In this document: piece after piece, positions 38,086-48,279 of the stretch
Layout: each line of letters starts with the position of its first letter
How positions within the stretch are numbered: the first letter of the stretch is position 1
Source: a virus
Taxonomy: Duplodnaviria; Caudoviricetes
Direction: 5' to 3' (one strand)
Length of the DNA: 64,000 bases
IMG/VR virus record: IMGVR_UViG_3300028833_000142
Span: 11,927-75,926 of that record
Notes under the pieces: generated by a model
What the model was told of the DNA's origin: nothing
Databases searched by the model: none
Seen by the model: the letters and a program-made list of their open reading frames with translations, nothing else
Made by a program: the position numbers and the translations under genes

Positions 38086-38908
38086 AAAATTTTGTTTAGT
38101 TAGCGATTTACATTTAGATATAAATAATACAAATATATTAAAGTTTGGTTTTATCAAAAATTTAGAAAATATCGACTATCTTTTAATAGCAGGTGATACA
38201 AGTGGAAGTTATTTTAATGAATTAGATAATTTAGAAATGTTGAGAGATTACATTTTAAATAATAATCTTAAAACTAAGGTTATAACAATTGGTGGTAATC
38301 ATTCTTGGTATGATTTTAAAGAAGAATTTATTTCTAAAAATACAGGTACAACAATGTTAAGTAATTCCTTTAATGAAGACCCTATATATTTTTTAGAGAA
38401 CAATATCTTTGAAGATAAAGATATAATTATATTTGGTGCTACTTTATATACGGACCTAAAATTATTGGGTGATATAAACTTAGCTTTATGTTATCATAAA
38501 TATATGAATGACTTTAGATATGTTTATAAGGAAGTAAGAAATCAAAATATACCTGTTACACCGTTTGATTATATGAAGTGGCATGCTGATACAATGAAAA
38601 AATTAAAAGAAATATGCGAAAAATACAAAGATAAAGATATAGTGGTAATTACACACCATGCCCCGTGTAGCCAGAGTATTTCACTAGAATACATAAATGA
38701 TATTTTAAACTCATTTTACGCTTCAGATTTAAGTGGATTTATATTAAATAATCAAAATATAAAAGCATGGTGTCATGGACACATACATTCAGACAGTGAT
38801 TATAATATAGGTAGCACGAAGATTTTATGCAATCCCTATGGATATGCAAATTATGAAGGTAAGGTTAAACCTCAGAAATATATAGGCAAAGAATTTGTAT
38901 TGACATAA
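38075..38908 (+). CDS. Calcineurin-like metallophosphoesterase
   Basis: SDLH, AGD, GGNH, THHAP, CHGHIH and NPYGY motifs. Confidence 0.9.
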   Translation: MTDKKFCLVSDLHLDINNTNILKFGFIKNLENIDYLLIAGDTSGSYFNELDNLEMLRDYILNNNLKTKVITIGGNHSWYDFKEEFISKNTGTTMLSNSFNEDPIYFLENNIFEDKDIIIFGATLYTDLKLLGDINLALCYHKYMNDFRYVYKEVRNQNIPVTPFDYMKWHADTMKKLKEICEKYKDKDIVVITHHAPCSQSISLEYINDILNSFYASDLSGFILNNQNIKAWCHGHIHSDSDYNIGSTKILCNPYGYANYEGKVKPQKYIGKEFVLT

Positions 38909-38955
38909 TTTATTTTTTGTGTTATACTTAGTTGGTACAAAGGTGAGGGAAATAA

Positions 38956-40275
38956 ATGAACAAAGTTTTAGAAAATGAATTAGTAGAAAAAATACTCAGT
39001 GATAAATCAAGTAATATCAACCAATTATTAAATCAAAGAATAGATGATATTACTAATCGAGTAGATAAAAAAATTACTGAAACAGAACAAATTTTAACAG
39101 AAAAAATTTCACGAGTAAGCGATAAATTAAAAGGGAAACCGATAAAGGTTAACTTGGGTTCTGTTAAGAAACCAGATAATAAAATTCTTCATGAAAAATT
39201 TGATACAATTATCAAAGTTTTAGAAAGCACAAACCGTATAGAAAAACATATAATGTTAGTTGGACCTTGTGGTTCTGGTAAAAGTTCATTATGTTCTGAT
39301 GTTGCTAAGGCTTTAAAGGTAGATTTTTACCCTATGAGCGTAGGGTTACAGACTACAAAATCAGATTTATTGGGCTTTATTAACGCTAAAGGTGAATATA
39401 TAACTACACCTATACGTCAAGCATTTGAAAACGGTGGTTTGCTCTTACTTGATGAATTTGATGCTACAAATCCAAGTACAGTAACTATTTTGAACTCAAT
39501 GTTAGCTAATAATATATGTAGTTTCCCAGATAAAATTGTATCTAAACATAAAAACTTTATTTGTATTGTAGCTTGTAATACCTATGGTAAAGGTGCAGAT
39601 ATATCTTATGTTGGTAGAAATAGGCTTGATGCTTCGACACTAGATAGGTTTATCGTTATAAATGTAGATTATGATGAAGTTCTTGAGGGGCATTTAACTA
39701 ATAATGATGAATGGTTCAAATGTATTAAAAAAATGCGTTCTAATATAAATAAATATGGTGTAAAAACTATTATTTCACCAAGAGCTTCTATGCAAGGTGC
39801 CGATTTATTAGAACATGGATTTTCGTTTGAAGATGTTGTAAATATGGTTGTTTTAAAGGGTGTAAGTGAAGATGTAAGAAATAAAATTTTAAACGGTGTT
39901 ACTTACGGCAAAAAGAAAAAAGAAGTTAAAAAATCTGATAGTGTAAAAATAACATTTTCAGTAGACAGAACTCATGCTTTTGTAGAGTATGACCAAGATT
40001 TTTCAATGATTACGGAATTAGACTGGGAAGGTAAATATAGCATTTTTATTTCAAAGGATAAAGAATATATATCTAGTTTAGATTCAAATGTTAATAAAAT
40101 ATTCTTAAATTGTGGCGATAATAAATTTGATAAACCAGTAAATTTAACAAAATTAGTTAATGATATTAAAGAAAACATTAATAGTTATAATGTTTCAGAC
40201 ATTAGCGTTTCCATAATCTTATGTTCAGAACAGCCAGAGTTAAATCGTACATATATATTGGAGTGTGATAGTTAA
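38956..40275 (+). CDS. MoxR/CbbQ-type AAA+ ATPase
   Basis: GPCGSGKS, LLLDEFD, ACNT, LDASTLDRF and SPRAS motifs. Confidence 0.88.
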   Translation: MNKVLENELVEKILSDKSSNINQLLNQRIDDITNRVDKKITETEQILTEKISRVSDKLKGKPIKVNLGSVKKPDNKILHEKFDTIIKVLESTNRIEKHIMLVGPCGSGKSSLCSDVAKALKVDFYPMSVGLQTTKSDLLGFINAKGEYITTPIRQAFENGGLLLLDEFDATNPSTVTILNSMLANNICSFPDKIVSKHKNFICIVACNTYGKGADISYVGRNRLDASTLDRFIVINVDYDEVLEGHLTNNDEWFKCIKKMRSNINKYGVKTIISPRASMQGADLLEHGFSFEDVVNMVVLKGVSEDVRNKILNGVTYGKKKKEVKKSDSVKITFSVDRTHAFVEYDQDFSMITELDWEGKYSIFISKDKEYISSLDSNVNKIFLNCGDNKFDKPVNLTKLVNDIKENINSYNVSDISVSIILCSEQPELNRTYILECDS

Positions 40276-41172
40276 ATGGTTAGGCTATATACCTTTAAAG
40301 ATAATAATAGAAGTATAAAATGTGCTGATTTTAACGGATTAGTAGACCAATATAATTTTATCTCTGATGAATTTAAAGAAAAAAAATATAGAACCGTGCA
40401 AATGCAAATTGACGAACGTAGAGATGACTGGTGGGGTAAGCACAATATAGAAGAAACCTTACAAGGAATGTTTTATGGTTTTGAAAATTCTACGGAATAT
40501 TTTTTAGAGAATATACAAAGTAGTAAATATTTTAACGAAAAAGATAATGGTATACAAATGTCTGAACAAGGTAATATATATGATATGGGTAGTTTTGTAT
40601 CAGGTATACCTGAATGTTGTTTAGATTTCGGTTTACCAACACCGAATCCATATGTTAAAATTATGGTTGATTTACCATTTTCTTGCGGTTATTCTGAAAA
40701 CCAAATATATAATCGTGGTGTAGCTATATTGGCTTTATTGCAAACATTAATCATTTCAAAATGTATAGTAGATTTATATATGTTTGAATTTAATCAACAA
40801 AGTGATATGCTCGTTATGTATACAAATAAAATTGATATGAATTGTATATCAATAGCAGATTTAGCGTTTTTATGTTCACCAGAGTATTTCAGAAGAATAG
40901 GTTTTGTAACTACGGAATGTATACGACAAAGAAGTAGCGAATGGGGTTGTGGCAACAGTACCTTAACTAATTTTATAAAAGAAAAAATAAAAAAAGATAA
41001 AATATTTTTTATAGGTGGTAGTTACACAGACGGTGAATTGGCAAATAATTTATCAACACCAGATAAAGCCATAGAATGTTTATTAACAAAATTTAATAAA
41101 TTTTGTACAGAAAATAAATTAAATTTGAATTTACAGATGAAAAAGAATGGAGAAATAAATGTTAGAAATTAA
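40276..41172 (+). CDS. vWA-like partner of the AAA+ ATPase
   Basis: VKIMVDLPFSCG...RGVAILAL resembles a degenerate MIDAS/vWA fold; abuts the MoxR-type gene. Confidence 0.55.
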   Translation: MVRLYTFKDNNRSIKCADFNGLVDQYNFISDEFKEKKYRTVQMQIDERRDDWWGKHNIEETLQGMFYGFENSTEYFLENIQSSKYFNEKDNGIQMSEQGNIYDMGSFVSGIPECCLDFGLPTPNPYVKIMVDLPFSCGYSENQIYNRGVAILALLQTLIISKCIVDLYMFEFNQQSDMLVMYTNKIDMNCISIADLAFLCSPEYFRRIGFVTTECIRQRSSEWGCGNSTLTNFIKEKIKKDKIFFIGGSYTDGELANNLSTPDKAIECLLTKFNKFCTENKLNLNLQMKKNGEINVRN

Positions 41173-41605
41173 AATGGTGGCAGGAGAAAAGTATAGACCA
41201 ATATATGCAAACGACACAGATGCTTGTATGGATATTAAGGCAAAAATAGATAACGATTTAGGCGAAATAATTATATATCCTAATCAGATAGTTAAGATTG
41301 GCTCTGGTTTACAAGTAGATGTGCCCAAAAACCATATTATGCAAATGTTCGTAAGAAGTTCTGTAGGTATTAAGAAAAATTTATGTTTAGCAAACGGTAC
41401 AGGGATAATAGATAACGGTTTCAAAGATGAAATTATTATGGTATTATATAATTTTGGGAAAGAACCACAAATAATTCAAGATGGTGATAGAATTTGTCAA
41501 TTTTTAATTTTTCCAAGACCTATTATTAAACCAGTTTTTGTACAAGATAATGAAGATTTTAGACAAGGTGATAGGGGCGGAGGCATCGGCTCTAGTGGAG
41601 TTTAA
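41159..41605 (+). CDS. dut: Trimeric dUTPase
   Basis: ACMDI, RSS, GIIDNGF, GDRICQ and RGGGIGSSG motifs. Confidence 0.92.
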   Translation: MLEIKMVAGEKYRPIYANDTDACMDIKAKIDNDLGEIIIYPNQIVKIGSGLQVDVPKNHIMQMFVRSSVGIKKNLCLANGTGIIDNGFKDEIIMVLYNFGKEPQIIQDGDRICQFLIFPRPIIKPVFVQDNEDFRQGDRGGGIGSSGV

Positions 41606-41667
41606 GTCTATTGACTTTTTTGTTAAGCTATGGTATTATATTTTAGTGTTATAAACGTGAGGTGTAT

Positions 41668-42099
41668 ATGATTTCATTAGATTTATTTAAAAGTATTATT
41701 AGTCACATTAAACAACAAGAAGAAAAAGACGAGAAGTTAACAAAATTGTTAATTGACCCAGATTTTACGGGTTGGGTTTCTACCGCCAACGATTTAATTG
41801 ACGATTTAGTTAAATTATTAGAATATGAACTTGGTGATAAATACGAATATATATCTTGGTGGTTATATGATATTTCTGATGGCAATAAATTTGTATATGA
41901 AGATTTTAAAGATAATAAACAAATTAGATATAATCTTAATCTACTAGAAGATTTATATTATTACGTAATTGGTGATTTGGAAGCTGTTAAGCAGGATGTA
42001 GTTAATAAAAATAAAGAGGATAATGCATATACAATGGCTGACAGTTCTGTATTTAATGAAATTTTTGATACAATTTGGGGTGAAACGGATGAGTTATAG
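41668..42099 (+). CDS. Hypothetical protein
   Basis: Promoter and GAGG RBS; YISWWLY motif. Confidence 0.6.
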   Translation: MISLDLFKSIISHIKQQEEKDEKLTKLLIDPDFTGWVSTANDLIDDLVKLLEYELGDKYEYISWWLYDISDGNKFVYEDFKDNKQIRYNLNLLEDLYYYVIGDLEAVKQDVVNKNKEDNAYTMADSSVFNEIFDTIWGETDEL

Positions 42100-43012
42100 G
42101 CTTAACCCAGAAATTATAAAAAATCCATTTAATTATATTGGTTCTAAAAATAGAATTATGCCTTTGATTTTAGATTGTATACCAGAAAATATATATGAAC
42201 TGGTAGACGTTTTAGGCGGTAGTGGCGAGGTTGGTTTATCAGTTGGTTTACCATGTGTATACAACGACCTTAATAAACCCTTAACCTACATAATAAAAAC
42301 ATTCCAAGAATTGCCTATAAGCCTTATATTAGATTCAATACAGGTTTTAATAAATTCTTACAATTTATCAAAAGATAATAAAGAAGGGTATTTAGAACTT
42401 AGAAAAGATTTTAATGAACATCAAGGGTATAATTTATTGAATTCTGAGGATAGCGATATAAGATGGGCTAATTGCATAGCCTTATATGTACTTATCTGTC
42501 ATTCTTTTAATTATTATATAACTTTTAATTCAAAAGGCGAATATAATAATCCAAGTGGGTGCAACAGGTCTTGGTTTAGCGAAAGCTTAAAAAATAAATT
42601 GATAAAATATAAAGAAAGACTTGACCAAATGTGTAAATTCGAGGTAAACTGTGTAGATTACAATGAGATTTTAGATAGATATTTGGTTAAAGATGATTTA
42701 AGAGATATATTGTTTTTTATAGACCCACCGTATTTAGCAAGTGACGATATTTATTCAAGAAATAAAATTTTAAAATGGACAAAGGATAATGAAATAAATC
42801 TCTATCAAAAACTCTTGACAATTCATTCAAAAGGTGGTAGAATTATTTTAACAAATCAGTTACAAAAGGGTGATTATAAAAATGAAATTTTACAAGATTT
42901 TATTACAGAGAGTGGTTTTGACGTAGTGAACACAATGGTAAATTTTGATAATTGTTCTTATCAACGCAAAAACAAAGGGTATGATAAAGAAATATTAGTT
43001 AAAAATTTTTAA
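42089..43012 (+). CDS. Dam-family (D12 class) DNA adenine methyltransferase
   Basis: PFNYIGSK, DVLGGSGEV, YNDLN and FFIDPPY motifs. Confidence 0.88.
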   Translation: MSYRLNPEIIKNPFNYIGSKNRIMPLILDCIPENIYELVDVLGGSGEVGLSVGLPCVYNDLNKPLTYIIKTFQELPISLILDSIQVLINSYNLSKDNKEGYLELRKDFNEHQGYNLLNSEDSDIRWANCIALYVLICHSFNYYITFNSKGEYNNPSGCNRSWFSESLKNKLIKYKERLDQMCKFEVNCVDYNEILDRYLVKDDLRDILFFIDPPYLASDDIYSRNKILKWTKDNEINLYQKLLTIHSKGGRIILTNQLQKGDYKNEILQDFITESGFDVVNTMVNFDNCSYQRKNKGYDKEILVKNF

Positions 43013-43026
43013 TAGAAAGGTATAGC

Positions 43027-44349
43027 ATGGATAGAGAATACGCAATTGAAGAACTTAAAAAATTTAAGAATTATTCAGGTATTAGTAGAGATAAATGTAT
43101 AGAAATTTACAACTCATTTAAAATGTCACCGACGACATTTAAAATTACTATACCATATCACGGTGAACTAATTAATATAGAAAGAGATGAATTTTGGGAT
43201 TATATAAAAACGTCTGATATTAGAGAGGTATACTCAACGGGGTATATACAGTCTTTAGAAGGTGAATGTAATAACGAACCAGAAGATGAAGAAACGCTTT
43301 TAAAATTAAGAAAACAAAAGTTAGCCATTCAAGATAAGTTAAATTTTGAAAGAAAAATTAACAATAAAAGTTTAAGAAATTTGAATACACTTGAGGAATT
43401 AAATAAAGAAATCATAGATAAATTGAATAAATTACCAAAAGTGGAAATAAATAGAAGTGATATTATTTCAAATGACAGGTCTGTTGGTATTATAGCAATA
43501 GGTGATGTCCATGCAAATGAACTTATAGATACACCTAAAAATAAATATGATTTTGAAATTTTGAGTAAAAGATTTAAAAAATTAGCAATTTGTGCTAAAA
43601 AATATTTTAAACAAAACAATGTAAACACAGTCGTAGTGATGCTTTTAGGCGATTTGCTGAATAGTGACCGTAGGATAGCAGAGGTTTTTAATATGGCTAC
43701 TAACCGTTCTTGTGCAGTAGTATTGCTTTTCCACGTTTTAAGACAATTCTTAATGGATATATCAGAATTTTGTAATATTACTGTGGCGAGTGTTTCGGGT
43801 AATGAATCAAGAGTCATTGGTGATGAATTTGATACCTCTGATATATTAGCAACATATAATTATGATTATACATTACATGAGTTTTTAAAGGTTGCATTTG
43901 AAAAAGATGAGAGAATTAAATTTATTGACGGAAACTTTGCTGAAAAGGTTATGAATATTGCGGGTTCAAATGTGCTTATGACTCACGGTACATCTTTTAC
44001 AAAAGATATAGAAAAGTCTGTGCAACAAACCTTTGGAAGATATGCTTCAAATGGGATAACTCTTGATTATTTGTTCTGCGGACATTTTCATTCTGCTAGA
44101 ATAGGTGATATGTATGCACGAACTGGTTCTATGTGTGGCAGTAATAGTTATTCAGAGGGTGCATTAAACCTTAATTCAAGAGCGAGTGAGCTTATTGGTA
44201 TTTTTTATCCAGATAAAAGTAATACGGTTTCAAGAGTAGATTTACAAGATGTAAATAATATAGAAGGATACAATATAGTTGAAGAGTTAGAGAAATATAA
44301 TGTTAAATCTTCTTCTAAAAAAGAAAAGTTTTTAGTTCATATTTTATAG
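43027..44349 (+). CDS. Metallophosphoesterase / nuclease with N-terminal helical domain
   Basis: GDVH, LGD, GNE, THG and CGHFHS motifs. Confidence 0.8.
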   Translation: MDREYAIEELKKFKNYSGISRDKCIEIYNSFKMSPTTFKITIPYHGELINIERDEFWDYIKTSDIREVYSTGYIQSLEGECNNEPEDEETLLKLRKQKLAIQDKLNFERKINNKSLRNLNTLEELNKEIIDKLNKLPKVEINRSDIISNDRSVGIIAIGDVHANELIDTPKNKYDFEILSKRFKKLAICAKKYFKQNNVNTVVVMLLGDLLNSDRRIAEVFNMATNRSCAVVLLFHVLRQFLMDISEFCNITVASVSGNESRVIGDEFDTSDILATYNYDYTLHEFLKVAFEKDERIKFIDGNFAEKVMNIAGSNVLMTHGTSFTKDIEKSVQQTFGRYASNGITLDYLFCGHFHSARIGDMYARTGSMCGSNSYSEGALNLNSRASELIGIFYPDKSNTVSRVDLQDVNNIEGYNIVEELEKYNVKSSSKKEKFLVHIL

Positions 44350-44359
44350 GATATAATAT

Positions 44360-44545
44360 ATGTTAACAGATAGAGAGATAATAATATTGATAGAAAATTT
44401 AGAAAAAGCTAAAATAAAATTTAAAGATTATCCATATAGAATATATCGACTCGATACAATTATAGATACACTTGAATATGTCTTAAACCCAGAGGATAAA
44501 AATTATGGCGGTATAATAAGAGGTGTATGTGATGAAAATAAGTGA
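44360..44545 (+). CDS. Hypothetical protein
   Basis: AGGA RBS. Confidence 0.5.
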   Translation: MLTDREIIILIENLEKAKIKFKDYPYRIYRLDTIIDTLEYVLNPEDKNYGGIIRGVCDENK

Positions 44546-44679
44546 TAAAACAAAGCTTTTATTAGCCATAAGCCTACTTGAAGGTTTAAAGAGAGATGTG
44601 GAATATAGACTATGTAAATGTGAAGATTGTAAATTTACGTTAGACTATATAGATTATTGTTTAAGAATTTTAGAAGAAA

Positions 44680-44895
44680 GTGAAACAAATGGTTAAATTT
44701 TTAAAAAAAATAGCAGTTATATTAGGAATGGCGTATTTAGTTATTATAAGTGTTAAGGAAATGGTAAATGTATTAGACCTTTATATAGATTCGCCTTCAT
44801 ATAATGCAAAAGCTTTTTTAAATGATTTTAATAATGCTATTTATAAAAATATAAATATTCTACAAAACGCATATAAAGAAGGTTTGGGTATATAA
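44680..44895 (+). CDS. Small membrane-anchored protein
   Basis: N-terminal hydrophobic helix. Confidence 0.5.
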   Translation: MKQMVKFLKKIAVILGMAYLVIISVKEMVNVLDLYIDSPSYNAKAFLNDFNNAIYKNINILQNAYKEGLGI

Positions 44896-45197
44896 TGAAT
44901 ATAGCAGGTTTTGGTACATATTTTTCAGTTTTAGGGCATTGTATAAGATTACATGTTGAAGCAAACACTTATTACAATTGGTTTGACTGGCGTTTTGAAT
45001 ATGACGAAGGTTTAAATGGCGTAAGGATAATAACAGAGTTTTTAAAAATACAAGTTTTTATAGGTATAGGTAGTAATGTACAAGATGTATGGTTTTTTGA
45101 TTCAAGTTCTTATTTCTTACAACAAGAACATGACCGTATACCAAAAGAACTACAAGAAATGATGGGAAATAATATAATAGAAGAAGAAACGGAGTAA
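44895..45197 (+). CDS. Hypothetical protein
   Basis: Overlapping start/stop. Confidence 0.55.
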   Translation: MNIAGFGTYFSVLGHCIRLHVEANTYYNWFDWRFEYDEGLNGVRIITEFLKIQVFIGIGSNVQDVWFFDSSSYFLQQEHDRIPKELQEMMGNNIIEEETE

Positions 45198-45360
45198 AAA
45201 GATGAAAGTAGACAAAATATTGAGTCAAATTTCTTTTAAAAGAAATGAAATACCAGAAGATTTAGATAGAAAAAAAAGAATAGAAAAAAATCAAGTAATA
45301 TCAACAAAAGAAGCCGAGATATTATTAGGTAAAAAAAATAAAATAAATTATATAGCTTAA

Positions 45361-45389
45361 AAAAAAGATGCCCTAATCGGCATCTTTTT
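45361..45389. terminator. Bidirectional intrinsic terminator
   Basis: AAAAAAGATGCC-ctaatc-GGCATCTTTTT. Confidence 0.75.
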
Positions 45390-46146
45390 CTGTAATAGAT
45401 TTGGGTTCAAGTAGAGGTATAGGTTTGACATCTATTACATTTTTATTTTTACTTTCAATTAATGCTTTTTGCTGTTTTTCTTGTTGAAGTGCAATAGCTA
45501 AAATACTTTTTGTATTTACATCAACAGAGCCATTATGGTTTACGACTTGTGTATCGGCAAATTCTTCTTTATTATAACTTTGTAAAAGCTTAAACCCAAG
45601 TTGTGCATTTTTGGAACTCATACCGTGTTTTGTTACACTAGACAATAAACCCATTTCTATCATACATCTACAACGGTTATATATTCTTGCAAATCTAATT
45701 AAAAGTTTATAATCTCTATCTAAATTTTTATCATCAGACAATTCAACATTTTCAAGTATTTCTTGTTCTTTTGCCTCTATTTTACGCTCTATAAAGTTGC
45801 GTTTTTTATCAAGCATAAAGTTTTCATGACGCATATATAACCTGTCAGGTATAGGTGTGTTAGGTTCTAAATCATATAATTGTGCAAATTCAGCTTCAAA
45901 TTCCTCTTTTCTTTGTTCAAAAACTTGCTCATAGGTGTACGGCAATAATAAATCTAAATCTTCTAATTTATCTGAAAATTCTTCTTGTAAAATTGTACCA
46001 GTTTTTATATAATTTCTAACTGTATCTACATTATTTATACCTAATCCCATAGCTAAATATTTTGGGGTAGGTGCTTGTAACATAATTGGCAATATAGCCT
46101 TTAATTTATTATTGTCAATCTTTAATTTCGGTCCAGTTTTCGCCAT
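45373..46146 (-). CDS. Putative terminase small subunit-like protein
   Basis: N-terminal HTH-like segment; C-terminal KLLQSYNKEEF..TQVVNHNGSVDV resembles TerS tails; GAGG RBS. Confidence 0.4.
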   Translation of the reverse strand: MAKTGPKLKIDNNKLKAILPIMLQAPTPKYLAMGLGINNVDTVRNYIKTGTILQEEFSDKLEDLDLLLPYTYEQVFEQRKEEFEAEFAQLYDLEPNTPIPDRLYMRHENFMLDKKRNFIERKIEAKEQEILENVELSDDKNLDRDYKLLIRFARIYNRCRCMIEMGLLSSVTKHGMSSKNAQLGFKLLQSYNKEEFADTQVVNHNGSVDVNTKSILAIALQQEKQQKALIESKNKNVIDVKPIPLLEPKSITEKDAD

Positions 46147-46244
46147 AATTTACCTCTACTTTCTACTTTTCTATAATAGCATTTTAAGGATACTTGACAA
46201 AATTATATTGTTATGGTATAGTGAATATATTGAAAGGATAACTA

Positions 46245-46478
46245 ATGAAAAAAGAATTAAGGTTTAGACAAAAACTTGTAATTAAACTTGATAAAATAAC
46301 TCAAATAATTTTATTTATTATTTGTTTACCTCTAGTATTAATTTTCGAGGGGAACAATAGAGTGTTTCAATTTTTAGCAGACTTTAATCAAAAGTGTAGC
46401 GATATATTGGTAGATGTAGTTGCACGTAAAATTTATGTATTTATTAACAATTTACTACTTAAATTTGGAGGAAAATAA
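46245..46478 (+). CDS. Small membrane protein
   Basis: Promoter and GAAAGG RBS. Confidence 0.55.
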   Translation: MKKELRFRQKLVIKLDKITQIILFIICLPLVLIFEGNNRVFQFLADFNQKCSDILVDVVARKIYVFINNLLLKFGGK

Positions 46479-47042
46479 ATGTGCGAAATAGAAAAGATGT
46501 ATATGGATGATACTATTGATAATAGTTTAAGTATTTTGTATAAGCAAATTATTAAACTATATCTTATTTCTTTGGGTTTTGAATTTGACGAAAGTATTAA
46601 CATGAAATCATTATCATATCCTAAAAAGTTTGTAGCGTGGAAAGTGGATGATTTTGATTTTAACAAGATTACAGACCAAATAACTGCTACTTTACATTCA
46701 ATTAAAAAATTTATGAAAGATGAGAATTTAATTCATAAAGGCTATAGATTTAATGTAAAAGATGTAGAAGCTTTGAAAGATAAAGACGATTGCGAGTCTA
46801 CTTTGTTTAGAACCATTATACAAGTGGACAAAAAAACAACAAGTGAAATAATGGATGAAAGAATATCGCAAATTGAAAAACTAGCAAGTGAATTAAGAAA
46901 GTGTGCTTATGGTACTGGTGGACAATGTGTAGGGGTTCAACATAGAAATATGTTAAAATCCAATTTAGGTTTAAAATGCTTAAAAGCAATAAAAGAATAT
47001 AAGGATGAAAAAGACGAATTTTTTGGAGGGCAAAATGCCTAA
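46479..47042 (+). CDS. Hypothetical protein
   Basis: GGAGG RBS. Confidence 0.6.
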   Translation: MCEIEKMYMDDTIDNSLSILYKQIIKLYLISLGFEFDESINMKSLSYPKKFVAWKVDDFDFNKITDQITATLHSIKKFMKDENLIHKGYRFNVKDVEALKDKDDCESTLFRTIIQVDKKTTSEIMDERISQIEKLASELRKCAYGTGGQCVGVQHRNMLKSNLGLKCLKAIKEYKDEKDEFFGGQNA

Positions 47043-47562
47043 AAAGAAAAAAATATGTATAATTATAGATGTAGATGGAACTCTTGTAAGTGAAAAGGAC
47101 AATAGTCAAATTATTTTACCTACAGAAAATAATAGAGAGGTTTGGGATTTATTCCATAAAAACAAACAATATTATAAACCTTCTCAGTTTAAACAAAATA
47201 AAAATATAGTAGATATTATAAAAGCTATTATTAATAATGTGCCAGAGGTATATTTAATATTTTTAACAGCAAGGGAAAATATTGAAGGTAAACCGATTTT
47301 TATAAATACATATAGATTAATTAAAAAAATATTCGGTTTTCAACCTACAGATTTTAGTAGAAGATTTACTATTTTAATGAGAAAAGAAAACGATTTTAGG
47401 TCAAGCGATATGGTAAAAGAAGATATTTTAAATAATGAAATATTACATGATTATTTGCCAGTTTTAGCCATAGATGATGAAGAGCCTAATATAAAAATGT
47501 TTGAAAGAAACAATATAAATTGTATTCGTGCAGTAAGAAAAGGAGATTTATTAAATGGATAA
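47035..47562 (+). CDS. HAD-family phosphatase (T4 PNKP 3'-phosphatase-like)
   Basis: DVDGTL, FLTAR, K and AIDD motifs. Confidence 0.82.
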   Translation: MPKKKKICIIIDVDGTLVSEKDNSQIILPTENNREVWDLFHKNKQYYKPSQFKQNKNIVDIIKAIINNVPEVYLIFLTARENIEGKPIFINTYRLIKKIFGFQPTDFSRRFTILMRKENDFRSSDMVKEDILNNEILHDYLPVLAIDDEEPNIKMFERNNINCIRAVRKGDLLNG

Positions 47563-47911
47563 TAAGATTCCCTATGATAGTTATATAGGTTGGACTCACG
47601 CAACTTGTAAAAAATGCAAAGAAGTATTCCCTATTTTTGACCGTTATGGTCAATGGAATGATTTACCGCCAGACAATAAATTTTATTGCCCAAAATGTGA
47701 GCGAAAAGGTTTTAAATCAAAAAAACCAAAATCGCCCAAAACAGCTACTGGTCGTGTAACACCCGAAGTATTTTTGAAACAAAATGAAATAAAAGATAAA
47801 TTAACTATCAAATTTTTTAAAAAGATTTGTCGTGAACGTGGCAAGGGTAGAAGTTATAATAGTATTTTAAAAGAAGCAATAGAAGTAGCAGATTTGTACA
47901 GAGAGGATTAA
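47555..47911 (+). CDS. Zinc-ribbon protein
   Basis: CKKC...CPKC. Confidence 0.6.
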   Translation: MDNKIPYDSYIGWTHATCKKCKEVFPIFDRYGQWNDLPPDNKFYCPKCERKGFKSKKPKSPKTATGRVTPEVFLKQNEIKDKLTIKFFKKICRERGKGRSYNSILKEAIEVADLYRED

Positions 47912-47912
47912 A

Positions 47913-48203
47913 ATGACAGATTTTAAATATAAATTACCGATTTATGAAGTTGTAGATGAAGAAGGCAGTTTAAAATTCTTATTTAATTTAGAGGCGAACA
48001 ATATACCAAATATAGGTGAACAAATTGTTGTTTTAAAACGAGGTGAAGACGGTTCTTTTGAACATAGGCTTTATTTTAAAATAATACACAAACTTATACC
48101 TACAGTTTTAGACGAAACAAATAATAGAATTTTTGATGAAGATAATGTGAATTATGTTTTATATGTTGAAAAACAAATTGATGAACCTGTATTAAATTGT
48201 TAA
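47913..48203 (+). CDS. Hypothetical protein
   Basis: GAGG RBS. Confidence 0.6.
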   Translation: MTDFKYKLPIYEVVDEEGSLKFLFNLEANNIPNIGEQIVVLKRGEDGSFEHRLYFKIIHKLIPTVLDETNNRIFDEDNVNYVLYVEKQIDEPVLNC

Positions 48204-48206
48204 CAC

Positions 48207-48272
48207 TTGACAAATAAAAAAATATGTGCTATAATAAAATTGTCAAGAAAATTGTACATTTAAAATTTAATA
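48207..48272 (+). promoter_or_regulatory. Consensus sigma70 promoter plus boxA-like leader
   Basis: TTGACA 48207, 17-bp spacer, TATAAT 48230, then TTGTACATTTAAAATTTAATA at 48252. Confidence 0.7.
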
Positions 48273-48279
48273 AAAAATA

